Shown one piece after another: positions 27,070 to 39,124 of a DNA stretch of 64,000 nucleotides. The position numbers were made by a program, and so were the translations under genes. Position 1 is the first letter of the stretch. The number at the start of each line of letters is the position of its first letter. The notes below the pieces were generated by a model. It was not told the origin of the DNA. It saw only the letters and a program-made list of their open reading frames with translations, and ran no database searches. Source of the stretch: Mobula hypostoma (taxonomy: Eukaryota); the NCBI RefSeq assembly GCF_963921235.1, contig NC_086108.1:32240001-32304000 (forward strand), in the 5' to 3' direction.

Positions 27070-27760
27070 TTGGGTTGAGTTGTTCTCCGATCTTGGCAAT
27101 TTACTTGCAAACATTTTGTCACCATATGAGGAGATATCATCAGTGCACTGCTGATTGTGGTGTGTACACTGAATGCTTGGCCTTTATATACTTACCAATC
27201 AGCTGATTGGTTGCCATTTCAGAAACTCAATTGTGATGTGGGGAGGAAATCTCGTCGCTGATTGGCTGTGTGGCTGCTGCAGGTATTACCTCAGTCAAAC
27301 TGGGAGAAAATTATCCACAAGGACCCATGAACATCAACTGGCTGTAAAGTGGCATGACCAACTGTCCCTAGTCTCTACCCACAAAGATCAAAAGGGACAT
27401 AAATTCAACTGGGCATCAGTGCAAGTCATGGCACAATCAAACATCAAGGGATTTCTGAGAAGCGTGGTTTTTCCACAAACAATTCTGTAAACAAACACGT
27501 AGACCTTGATCCTATTTATGAGGCAATGCAGACAATTCCTGACCACAATGCATGAAGTTCACCACACAGCCAATCAGCAACGAGATTTCCTCCCCACATC
27601 ACAACTGAGTTTCCGATACGGCGACCAATCAGCTGATTGATAAGTACATAGAGGCCAAGCATTCAAAAGACATAACATGATCAACAGCATAATGATGATG
27701 TCTCCGATGGTGATGAAACCTTTGCAAGTAAATTGCCAAGATCAGAGAACAAGACAACCA
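27070..27760 (+). mobile_element. Penelope-like element 3' remnant: GIY-YIG fragment flanked by inverted pseudo-LTRs
   Basis: YLSQTGRKLSTRTHEH...HKFNW resembles YIGxTxRxLxxRxxEH. Inverted arms 27080-27273 and 27562-27752 each contain a hammerhead-like core. Confidence 0.85.
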
Positions 27761-27949
27761 AAGTTCATGGAGTATTCACTGCTGCATACTGATATGAGGG
27801 CATGTCTTAAACCTCAGCAGCCCTTACAGGAGATAGCTCAAAAGCTATTAACTGGAAATATTCACCCACCAAAGAAACATGAGGCAATATTCAACCCGTC
27901 ATGAGTCAAACAACAGTTTGATCAGAACTCCGGGAATTAAGTGACAGGT

Positions 27950-28125
27950 GGATATGAGACTGCAGATGCTGGAATCTGAAGCAATGCACAAAAAGCTGGA
28001 GAAACTCAGCATGTCACCTAGTATCTTGGGACAGTCTCAAGATTCTCAATCTGAATTGGCGATTGTCCGTTACCCTCCACAAATGTTGCCTGGCCTGCTG
28101 AGTTCCTCCAGCTTTTTGTGTGTTC
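27950..28125. mobile_element. Palindromic short element of the same Penelope-derived family
   Basis: gctggagaaactcagca...tgctgagttcctccagc inverted arms. Related pieces at ~8155-8250, 23310-23430, 41920-42000, 43607-43710 and 60776-60856. Confidence 0.55.
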
Positions 28126-29798
28126 CACCAAGTTCCAGGTGTTAAGCTTGGTAGCAACCTCCCTGGAACAACCACAATCAACCTTGATATCTCACACTGA
28201 AACCGCAGATGATAAATGTGAACGCAGTTGAGAAATTCAGACAATGTGGACAGTTGCTCTTCTCTCCCTACCCCACAGTTGTTGCAGGGACTCACAAAAT
28301 CTTATTGGAAGCTGGGAAATGGCCTTAGACAGAACTCCAACAAATGACTTTAGTTTTTATATGGATTTAGAAATCTAACAAAATTACAGCAAGAACCGTA
28401 AATATGAGAAAGACTGAATGAACTAGGGTTGTTTCCTTAGGAACAGAGAGAGAGTCAATTGAGGTGTAAGAGGTAACAATGGAATTAGAAAAGTACTTCC
28501 AAAAACTACGGGGCATATATTTCAATGTTATTGGTTTGTAAACTTATTTCACCCAGAGGGTGGTGGTAGCAATGTGGAACTTATTGCCTGAAAGAACAGA
28601 AGATGCAGAAACCTTCATCACATTTAATCTGGTCTTGAATGTCAACCTGAAGAGATTTACAAGGGCCACAAGTCTGGTGGTGGAAGATGGGATTAGACTG
28701 AATAACTCATTTTCAATAAACAGAGGCTCAGAGGGCCGATGTCATAAATTGTTTATGATTCTATTATGCTTTAACATTTAAGAGACTTAAGAGATTATTA
28801 AATTTCTTCAATTCAGGAGGAGGAAAGAAAATTATACAAAAAGCATCTTCTTGATTACATAGTCCATCAGTCACTTGCCTTCTAGGATGATCAAGATTAG
28901 AGACAAGATGTCTGAAAATCTTCACATCTCCAGACAACAGAAGTGTGATTATACTATATATTAAGATGCTGAGACTTTTAATCACAAAGCAGCAGAAAGT
29001 GTAACCTATAATTTCTGTGTTCTGGAGATACAGCATTTTATTTGGAATTGCATTAGAATGTTCTTCATTCATAGACAAAAGATATTTACATCTCCACTAT
29101 AAATAGCATTCAAAACCTCACCATACCAAGATACTCCTGTCATTACCATATATGACCACAAGACGGATTATGTGGCAGTGCATAGTATATCAGCTATAAA
29201 TATCCCCAACTTTAAATCTAATGAACTCTTGATCAGGGAACAATGACAATTTGCTGCTCTAATCTTGGGATAAAAGGATTCATGTTTTAAACTATGTTCA
29301 ATTTATCTTTGTGCAACATTTCACTCATCAAAAAAAAACCCAGGCCATGGTTGTAGTTCTGGCTTTTGGTTTTACAAGAGATTATTTCTAACATCTTTGA
29401 ACCCGACAAGGAAAAGAACTGATTAGAAACGATGGCAAGGAGGCAGAGAAGTGATTTAACAACCTTAAAAATCAGTAAATTTAAAAGAAAACTTTGCTGA
29501 ACCCAAGACATTCAAGGGCATGTCTTCTGAAAAGATGAAAAAATTACCAATAACTAACTTCCAGGATAAGATAAATTACTTCACCACTCAAATAGGCAAA
29601 CCAGCCAGAGGAGTAAATCAGAACACTCAATTTACTGACCATGCGCTTAACAAATTATTTCACTGAACTTTGCCCCTTTTCCTCTCAAGCTCAAAGCTAG
29701 TTACCAGCAAAGAGGACAATCGAGGAGACGCTGCATCTCAGAAGCATCAGACCTCTAACTTTCAACAACATATTTACATGCATGCAGTAAGTAGTTAC

Positions 29799-29998
29799 CT
29801 GTTGACCTGGTGGAAGTCCATAAGGAGCCAACTCCATCACCTTCCCCGAAAGCTCCTTCTGAATGGCATCCATGCTCTGGTAGAGTTGGTCGCGGTGCAG
29901 TGCCACCACCAACAGACGTTTGAATGCAGCAGTTTTGCCGAGCTGTCTCCGACCTTCGTCAGTTCCGAAGATCCATTCAGTCTCTCTGCCCTGTGGAA
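29799..29998 (-). CDS. METTL13: METTL13 coding exon 3
   Basis: VPQGRETEWIFGTDEGRRQL...LLVVALHRDQLYQSMDAIQKELS..VMELAP; 200 nt; cgtag| acceptor and |gtaact donor. Confidence 0.95.
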
Positions 29999-30452
29999 CT
30001 ACGAGGAAGCTATATTAAACCAACGCAGAATGTCCTCGGTGGGTAACTTCCCCTTGTCCACTGCAAACCCTACAACAGCCACATAGAAGGCACTTAATAT
30101 ACTGCATGAGTGACTAGACTATAGGTTTCAACAAGACAGTTTTTTTAACTGCTGGACCAAAGGTAGCCCTTGAGTAGGGAGAATTTGGGGTCCACACCCT
30201 TTATCTCTGTTGGAAATTCAAAACTGACCCCAACAGTTAACGCTGAGGACGCAGCCTTTGAAATCCACTTGGTCTCATCCATTTGAACCATAGAGGTTCA
30301 GAGAATGTCTTTGCTCCCCGTTCTGGGTCAATCTACTTATCGTCCAATAACTTGTTACGCAAGTTCTTGGGACATATAAAATCATGAGAGGCACACATAG
30401 GAAAATTTGGTTCTTAAGGACCAAGGCTACATTTCATACTTAGACCATAAGA

Positions 30453-30643
30453 CAGGGGTAGGCAACCTTAAGCACAAATGCTTTTCTAGCATACGTTATT
30501 CATTAATTTGAGGCAAAACGTAACTAGATGTATTTAAATGGATAATTCCCATATTTCAAGTTTTTTATGGCATTTACCTGGCCCACCATCCGCTCATTAA
30601 TACGTGATCCGGCCCACAGAGGCAAAAAGGTTGCTGACCCCTG
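30453..30643. mobile_element. hAT MITE
   Basis: TIRs CAGGGGTAGGCAACCT / AGGTTGCTGACCCCTG; perfect 8-bp TSD CCATAAGA. Confidence 0.9.
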
Positions 30644-32553
30644 CCATAAGACATAGGAGATTAATTAGGTCACTCGGCCCATCCAGTCTGTTCTGCCATT
30701 CCTCACAACCCCATTCTCCTGCCTTTTCCCCGTAACCATTGATGCCTAATTAGCTAAGAGCATATCAACGTCTGCTTTAAATATACCAATGATTTGGCCT
30801 CCACAACAGTCCATGACAAAGAATTCCACAGATTCACCACCCTCTGGCTGAAGCAATTCCGCCTCATCTCTGTTCTAAACGGACCTCCCTCTATTCTGAG
30901 GCTGCGTTTCAATGACATCACCCCTCATTTTTAAAGAAAACAAACATGCCTCCGAAGTTAACCCTTTCATTTCTGGAATCATTCCCGTGAACTTCCTCTG
31001 GACATTCTCCAGTGCCAGTGCACCTTTTCTTAGATAAGGGGCCCCAAAATGGCTCACAATACTCGAAGTGCAGTCTGACCAATGCCTCATAAAGCCTCAG
31101 CATCACGTTCTTGCTCTTGTATTTGAGTCCTCTCAAAATGAATGCTAACATTGTATTTGCCTTCTATACCACCAACTCAACCAGCACGTTAACCTTCAGG
31201 GACTCCTGCACAACGATTCCCAATCTCCTTGCACCTTTGAATTTTGAATTTACACCGTTTAGAAAATAGGCTACACCTTCATCCCTTCTATTAAAGTGCA
31301 TGACCATACTCTTTCCTACACTATATTCCATCTGTCACTTTTTTGTCCATTCTCCCAATCTATCCAAGTCCTTCTGCAGACTATCTGTTCCCTCAATACT
31401 GCCTGCCCCTCCACCTATCTGTATAACATCTGCAAACTTGGCCACAAAACCATCAATTCTGTCATCCAAACTGTCGACATATTAATGTGAAAAGAAGCGG
31501 TCCTATTACCAACCCCTGCAGAACACCGCATATCACTGCCAGCCAACCAGAATTAGCCCCCTTTTTCCGAATCTTTGCTTCCTGCCAATCAGCCAATCGT
31601 CTATCCATGCTAGTATCTTTCCAGTAATACCATAGGCTCTTATCTTGATAAGCAGCTTCATGTGTGGCACCTTGTCTTCTGAAAATCCAAGTAAACAACA
31701 TCCACTGACTCTTCTTTGTCTATTCTGCCTGTTATTTCCTCAAAAAATTCCAAAAGATTTGTCAAAGAAAATTTTCTCTGAATGAAACCATGCTGACTAT
31801 CACTATCAGGATAATTAGCCCATAATTTTCTTTCTTCTCCCTTCCTCATCTCTTAAAGAGTGACATTTGCAATTTGCCAGTCCTCCGGGACCATTCCAGA
31901 ATCCAGTGATTCTTAAAAATTCATTACTAACGCCTCCATAATCTCCTCAGCCACCTTTTTCAGGACCCTGAGGTGTAGTCCAACGACTTATCTACCTTCA
32001 GACCTTTCAGTTTCCCCAAGCACCTTCTCCTTAGTAATAGTAACTACACTTACTTCTGCCCCTGACACTCTTGAATATCAGGCACTCTCCCATCGGCTTC
32101 CACAGTGAAGACTGACGCAAAATGCTTATTAAGTTCATCCACCTTTTCTTTGTCCCCCATTACTTCCTCTTCAGCGTAATTTTCCAGTGGAACCATATCC
32201 GCTCTTGCCTCTCTTTTACACATTATATATCTGAAAATACACTTGGTATCCTCTTTGATATTATTGGCTAGTGTACCTTCATACTTCATCTTTTCTCCTT
32301 TTTGTTGCCTTCTGTTAGTTTTTAAAAGCTTCCCAAGCCTCTAACTTCCCACTAATTTTTGCTATATTCTATGCCCTCTCCTTTGCTTTTATGCTGTCAT
32401 TGACTTCCCTTATCAGCCACAGTTACTTCATCCTCCCATTAGAACACTTCTTCATCTTTGGGATAAATTTATCCTGTGCCCTCAAATTGCCCCCAGAAAC
32501 TCCAGCCGTTGCTCTTCTGCCGACACCCTGCTATTATCCTCCTCTAATCAACT

Positions 32554-34275
32554 GGAACATCTGCACAGCAAAGACACATACATCAGGATCCGTTACAGCT
32601 CGGCATTTATAGAACATAGAATAGTACAGCACAGTACAGGCCCTTCAGCCCACAATGTTGTGCCAACCCTCAAACCCTGCCTCCCATATACCCCCCCCCA
32701 CCTTAAATTCCTCCATTTACCCATCTAGTAGTCCCTTAAATTTCACTAGTGTATCTGCCTCCACCACTGACTCAGGCAGTGCATTCCATGCACCAACCAC
32801 TCTCTGAGTAAAAAACCTTCCTCTGATATCCCCCATGAACTTCCCACCCCTTATCTTAAAGCCATGTCATCTTGTATTCAGCAGTGGTGCCCTGGGGAAG
32901 AGGCGCTGGCTATCCACTCTATCTATTCCTCTTAATATCTTGTACACCTCTATCATGTCTCCTCTCATCCTCCTTCTCTCCAAAGAGTAAAGCCCTAGCT
33001 CCCTTAATCTCTGATCATAATGCATACTTTCTAAACCAGGCAGCATCCTGGTAAATCTCCTCTGTACCCTTTCCAATGCGTCCACATCCTTCCTATAGTG
33101 AGGCGACCAGAAATGGACACAGTACTCCAAGTGTGGCCTAACCAGAGTTTAACACCATCATCCCCACTGAACGAATCAGGAAACTCCAAGATCTGGGTCT
33201 CAATACTCCCTTGTGCAACTGGATCCTGGATTTCCTCACTTGTAGATCCCAGTCAATTCTGATCAGCAAAAGCACCTCCTCCACAGTCTCCATTGGCACA
33301 GCAGCACCACAAAGATGTGTAGTTAGCCCCCTGCTCTACTCACTTTACACCTATGACCGTGTGGCTAAGTACAGCTCCAACACTAATACAAGTTTGCTGA
33401 TGACACCACTGTTGTGGCCAGTATCAAAGGTGCCGATGAATCAGCATACAGAAGGCAGATTGAAAATTTGGCTGAGTTGTGTCATAACAACAACCTCTCG
33501 CTCAATGTCGTAAGACCAAGGAATTGATTGTAGACTTCAGGAGAGAGAAACCAGAGGTCCATGAGCCAGTAACCATCGGAGGATCAGAAGAGGAGAGGGT
33601 CAGTATCTTCAAATTCCTGGGTGTCACCGTCTCAGAGGACACATCCTGGACCCATCCTAAAAATATAATTGCAAAGAAAGCTCGATAGCGCCTCTAGTTC
33701 CTCAGGAGTCTGCAGGTATTCAGCATGTCATCAAAAATCCACGAAAACCTCGATAAATGTGTGCTGACTGGCTGCATTACAACCTGGTATGGGAACACCA
33801 ATGCCTTTGAGTGGAAAATCCTACAAAGGGTAGTGGATTTGGCCCAGTACATTACTAGTTAAACCCTCCAAACCATTGAGTACATCTACATGAAACATTG
33901 CCGTAGAATAGCAGCATCCATCATCAAAGGTCCTCACCACCCAGGCCATGCTCTTTTCTCAGTGCTGCTATTAGGTAGAAGGTACAAGTCCCTCAAAACT
34001 CATACCACCAGGTTCAAGATAGCTACTACTCATAGCTACACTCATTTAAGGACTCTTTTTTCTTGTTATTTCATACTCATTATTTATTGCTATTTACTTA
34101 TTATCTGCATTTGCACAGTTTGTTTACACTTTACAGTTCCTGATGTTTACAGTTTACATATCCTGTTTATAGTTACCATTCTATAGATTTGCTAAATATG
34201 CCCACAGACAAATACTCTCAGCTTTGTATATGGCGGCATGTATGTACTCTGATAATAAGTTTTATTTTGAACTTT
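32554..34275 (+). mobile_element. Rex1/Babar-like LINE inserted in CR1 and itself interrupted by a CR1
   Basis: EHL.SKDTYIR...YSSAF stops at ~32608 and resumes as NTIIP at ~33151. Continues CNWILDFLT...[14 protein letters not shown]. Confidence 0.85.
32610..33150 (-). mobile_element. Young 5'-truncated CR1 LINE
   Basis: Clean ORF EYCVHFWSPHYRKDVDALERVQRRFTRMLPGL...RMRGDMIEVYKI; tail (tagaaca/tagaatag). Confidence 0.9.
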
Positions 34276-34954
34276 GGCCAGCTCCTCTCTCAAGCATTTG
34301 TAATTCCCTTTACCACACTATAATAACGACACATCTGATTTAGCCTCTCCCTCTCAAAATGTAGGGTGAATTCTACCATATTATGGTCACCCAAGGGTTC
34401 CTTTACCTTAAGCTCCCTAAATCAAATCTGGTTCACTACACAACACCCCATCCAGAATTGCCTTTCTCCTGGTGGGCTCAACCATAAGCTGCTCTAAAAA
34501 GCCATCTCGTATGCATTCTACAAATTCCCTCTCTTGGGATCCAGCACCAACCAAATTTTCCCAATCTACCTGCAGATTGAAATCCCCATGACCATCGTAA
34601 CATTGTCCTTATTACATGCCTTTCCTATTTTCCATTGAAACTTATATCCCACGTCCTGGCTACTATTTGCAGGCTTGTATACAACTCTCATCAGGGACTT
34701 TTTACCTTTGCAGTTTATTAACTCTAGCTACAAAGTTTCTACATATTCCGATCCTATCTTTCTAAGGATTTAATTTCATTTTTTTTTTACCAGCAGAACT
34801 ACCCCACCCCCTCTGCCTGTCCTTTAAAAACAATGCATATCCTTGGATGTTCAGCTCACAATTATGATCTCCTTTCAGCCACAATAGTGATGCCGACAAC
34901 ATCATACCTAACGATGTCTAACTGCACTATAAGATCATTTACTTTATTCTGTAT

Positions 34955-35160
34955 ACTTTATATTTTATTGTCGCCAAACAATTGATACTAGAGCGTACAA
35001 TCATCACAGCGATATTTGTTGCTGCTCTTCGTGCTCCCTGGAGTACAAATCGATAGTAAATATGAAAAATTTAAGTTATAAATCATAAGTAGAAAATAGA
35101 AAAGGGAAAGTAAGGTAGTGCAAACAAACCGAGAGGCAGGTCTGGATATTTGGAGATTAC
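34955..35160 (-). mobile_element. 3' UTR fragment of the young Rex1 family seen at 39125-40890
   Basis: Reverse complement of ctccaaatatcc...tctagtatcaattgtttggc.acaataaa.tataaag. Confidence 0.8.
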
Positions 35161-36606
35161 GGCTCTGTACATTCTCTGTACATTCAAAAATATCTTCATC
35201 CTGTATTGATCACCCTTTTCAATGTTGCCCCCATGTTACACTTCAACTCATCCTACTGACTGCAATATTTCCCTATCATCTGCCTGTCCTTCCCACGACA
35301 CATTGCATCTACTTACATACCAACTGCCCCAGCCTCAACCCTATCACTCCAGTTCCTATAACCCTGCCAAATTAGTTGAAACCTTCTCCAACAGCTCTAG
35401 CAAACCTGCCCACAAGGAAATTGGTCCCCCTCGGGTCCAGGTGTAACAACTCCCTTTTGTACAGGTTATACCCTCCCCAGAAGAAATCCCAATGATCCAG
35501 AAATCTGCATCCCTGCACCACTTTCAGCCACTCATTCATCTGTACTATCAACCTATCCCTGCTCTGACTAGCACATGGTACTGGGAGTAATCGAGAGATT
35601 ACTACCTGGGAGGACCTGCTCCTCAGCCTCTTCCCTCACCCCCCATACTAACTGCACAGGACCTCTTCCCCCTTTCTACCTATGTCATTGGTGTCAATGT
35701 ACACAGCCTCTGGCTACTCATGCTCCCACCTGAGAATCTTCTGCAGCCGCTCTGAGACATCCTGGAGCCTTGCACCTGTAAGGCAATACACCACCCTACC
35801 TTCTGTTTTGCGGCCACAGGATCTCCTATCCGTCCCCCAAACTATCGAGTCTCCTTTCACTTCCGCTCTTCCCTTCCCTGCTGAATCTCAGAGCTGGGAT
35901 AGAGAATCAAGAGCAATACAGCATAGATACAGGGCCTTCAGACCAGTGAGTCCATGCCAAACACAGTGGCCATCTAGCTACTCCCAAATTCCAACGTTCA
36001 ACCCATATCATTCTAAGCCTGCCCCTCCTATACCTATTCAACTGCTTCATATTTGATTCTATTGTACTTGCCTTAACCGCTTCTTCTGGAAGTTTATTCC
36101 ATTCATTCACCACCCACTATGTGAAAAACTTATCCCTCAAGTCCCTTTTAAACCTTTCCCCTTTCATTCTAAACCTATACCTGATAGTTTTGGACTCCCC
36201 TACCCTGTTAGAAGTTTGTCAAAGTTTTAGATGACACGCCAAATCTTCACAAACTTCTAAGGAAGTAGAGGCTCTGGTGTGCTTTCGTTGTAATGGCATT
36301 TACAAGCTGGACTCAAGACAGATACTACGAAATAATCACACCAACAAATTTAAAATTGCTGACCCTCTCCGCCTCCGATCAACTGAGGAGGACTGGCTCA
36401 AGAACCTCTGGTTTCCTCCTCCTGAAGCCAATAATCAACTTGGTCATGAGTAAAAGGTTGTTGTTGTGGTACCACTCAGCCAGATTTTCAATCTCCCTCC
36501 TATATGCTGATTCGTCCAATGACAGTGGTGCCATTAGCAAAATTAAATATGGCTTTGGAGCTGTGCTTAGCTTCACAATCATAAGTATAAAATGAGTTGA
36601 GTAGGG

Positions 36607-37357
36607 CAGCGGTCCCCAACCACTGGGTCGCGGACCAGTACCAGGCCGCAAAGCATGTGCTACCGGGCCGTGAGGAAACGATATGAGTCAGCTGCACCTT
36701 TTCTCATTCCCTGTCACACACTGTTGAACTTGAACATAGGGTTGCCAACTGTCCCGTATGTGCCGGGACGTCCCATATATTGGGCTAAATTGGTTTGCCC
36801 CATATTTCCCCCCTTAAGGTAGAGCGTTCCTATGAAACCTTTTGTGCCAAAATGGCGTGAAGCGAAGAAGCAATTACCATTAATTTATATGGGAAAATTT
36901 TTTGAGCGCTCCCAGACCCAAAAATAACCCAACAAATCATACCAAATAACAGCGAAAATAAATAACACTAACATATAGTAAAAGCAGGAATGATATGATA
37001 AATACACAGCCTATATAAAGTAGAAATAATGTATGTACAGTATAGTCGGGAAGATGAAGGCAAAATCGATTTGTGGGAAAAAAATCGGCACGTACGCGCA
37101 TGCGCACGTCACGCATGTGCACACAGGTGCCGCGTAAGGCTTCATGGTCATGGTAGTCTTTCTGGGGGTAAAGTGTCCCGGGATTCCACTGCTATTTTTG
37201 TCCCTTATTTGTGAGTGAGAAAGTTGGCAACCCTAACTGTAAAAGACATGTTGAGGCGAGTTTAACTCTACTTGCACACCACCGCCCCCCTACCGGTCGG
37301 CAAGAATATTGTCAATATTAAACCGGTCCGTGGTGCAAAAAAAGTTGGGGACCCCTG
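36607..37357. mobile_element. Composite hAT MITE
   Basis: TIRs CAGCGGTCCCCAACC / AGTTGGGGACCCCTG and perfect 8-bp TSD GAGTAGGG. Contains an inner TAGGGTTGCCAACT...AGTTGGCAACCCTA unit (36737-37235) and a Tigger left-end copy (~36806-37040). Confidence 0.9.
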
Positions 37358-37444
37358 GAGTAGGGGGCAAAGCACACAGCCATGAAATGCACCTGTGCCA
37401 ATGAAAATTTTGCAGGAAATGTTTTTGCCAATATAAACTGACTG

Positions 37445-37727
37445 TGTGGCACGTAGCCAAGTGGTTAGGGCGCTGGACTGGCAATCTGAAGGTCGTGGGT
37501 TCGAGCCTCGGCTGAGGTAGCATGTGTGTCCTTGAGCAAGGCACTTAACCATACAATGCTCCAGTCTACCCAGCTGAGAATGGGTACCCGCAAAAATGCT
37601 GGGGGTTAAAAACTCGTGATAGACTGGCGTCCTATCCAGGGGGGTGTCTCATACTCTCAGTCGCTTCACACCACGGAAACCGGCATAAGCACCAGACTAA
37701 AGGGCCACAAGGCTCGTGACAGACTTT
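37445..37727 (+). mobile_element. Young full-length tRNA-derived SINE (same family as 21483-21774)
   Basis: A-box TAGCCAAGTGG and B-box GGTTCGAGCC; 15-bp TSD AATATAAACTGACTG (37430-37444, 37728-37742). Confidence 0.92.
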
Positions 37728-38616
37728 AATATAAACTGACTGGGAGCTGCAAGTGAGGAAATCAGGGATCCAATTGCACAAGGAGGTATTGAGGCCAATT
37801 GAAGCTTATTGAATATTTTTGAGAGGATGATAGTATTGAAAGCTAAGCTGTAGTCGATGAAGAGCATCCTTCGCAGTCCAGATCGTACAGGGTCGAGTGA
37901 AGAGCCAACAAAATGGCATCTGCTGTGGACCTGTTGTGCCAGATCCAAGTCACTTCTCAGGCAGGAGTTGGTACGCTTCCTCATCAACTTCTCAAAGGAC
38001 TTCATCATATTGGATGTCAGTGCTACTGGACGATAGTCACTGAGGCAGGTTACTATGTTCTTCTTAGGCACCAGTATAATTGCAGCCTGCTTGAAGCAGG
38101 TGGGTACCTCAGAATGCCAAAGCAAGGTGTTAAAGATATCAGTGAACACTCTAGCCAGTTGATCAGCTCCAGTCTTTAGTACTTATTCACCTCTCATCCA
38201 TCTTGCCTATGCTTCTCATAATTTTAAACATTCCAAGGAATCAAGACTTAGCCTGGCCAACCTCTCCTTAAACTCAGGCAATCTAGTCCCAGCAACATCC
38301 TTGCAAATGTCTTCCATTTAACCACATCTTTCCTATAACAGCCACCAGCGCTGTAGACAGTACTCTAAGAGGGCGTAGGTTTAAGGTAAGAGAGGAGAAA
38401 ATTCAATCGAAACTTGAGGGGCAACAAAAAGGTGGCATGTAGTATGTGGAATTAGCTGCCAGAAAAAGTGACTGACTCAGGTAAAGTAACAACATTTAAA
38501 AGACAATTGTAAAGATACATGGGTTGTGAAGGTTTAGAAGGTTATGGGCCAAACACTGGCAAATGGGACTAGCTTGGATGGGGAGTCTTGGTCAGCATGG
38601 ACTAGTTGGGCTGAAA

Positions 38617-38965
38617 AACACACACAAAATGCTGGAGGAACTCAGCCGGCCAGGCAGCATCGAGGAAAAAGAGTAGTCAACGTTTCGGGAACGAGACCCT
38701 TCAGCAGGACTGGAGAAAAAAAGATGAGGAGTAGAGTTAAAAGGTGGGGGGGGGGGCGGGGAACACAAGGTGATAGTTAAAACCAGGAGGTGGAGGGGTC
38801 AAGTTGGGAAGTCGATTGGTGAAAGAGATACAGGGCTGGAGAAGGTGGGAGGGAATCAAACAGGAGAGGACAGAAGGCCGTGGAAGAACGAAAAGGAAGG
38901 GGGAGCACCAAAGGGTGGCGAAGAGCAGACAAGGAGATGGGGTGAGAGAGGGAAAAGGCGATCGG
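38617..38965 (-). mobile_element. Penelope-type terminal repeat with the best-preserved hammerhead motif (38674-38712)
   Basis: Minus strand CAGTC-CTGCTGA-AGGGtctcgttCCC-GAAAC-GTT-GACT. Confidence 0.65.
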
Positions 38966-39124
38966 GACTGGTAAAGAACATGTTTCTGTTCTGTATCACT
39001 CAAGGTTAGTCATTCGACAGTACTTTACACCATGTCAGACATTAGAGCAGATAAGAGGTAAAAATCAGCAACATCTTAGAAAGTGTCAGAAAGAAAGAAA
39101 AATCACTAGGCGCAAAAAAAAAAG

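Larger units (their letters stand above)
30644..35250 (-). mobile_element. Older CR1 LINE split by nested insertions (32554-34275 and 34955-35160)
   Basis: LVRLHFEYC, VYLDFQK, QHGF and ELNKHFASVFT motifs on the minus strand. Sequence resumes at ~34276. Confidence 0.85.
36210..38175 (-). mobile_element. Rex1/Babar-like LINE interrupted by a hAT MITE and a SINE
   Basis: FTDIFN...VPTCFK...[29 protein letters not shown] and DESAYRREIENLAEW motifs. Confidence 0.85.

Noticed and set aside
37445-37515. tRNA-like sequence (also ~21700-21774)
   Set aside because: It is the head of a SINE with a body, tail and TSDs, not a tRNA gene.
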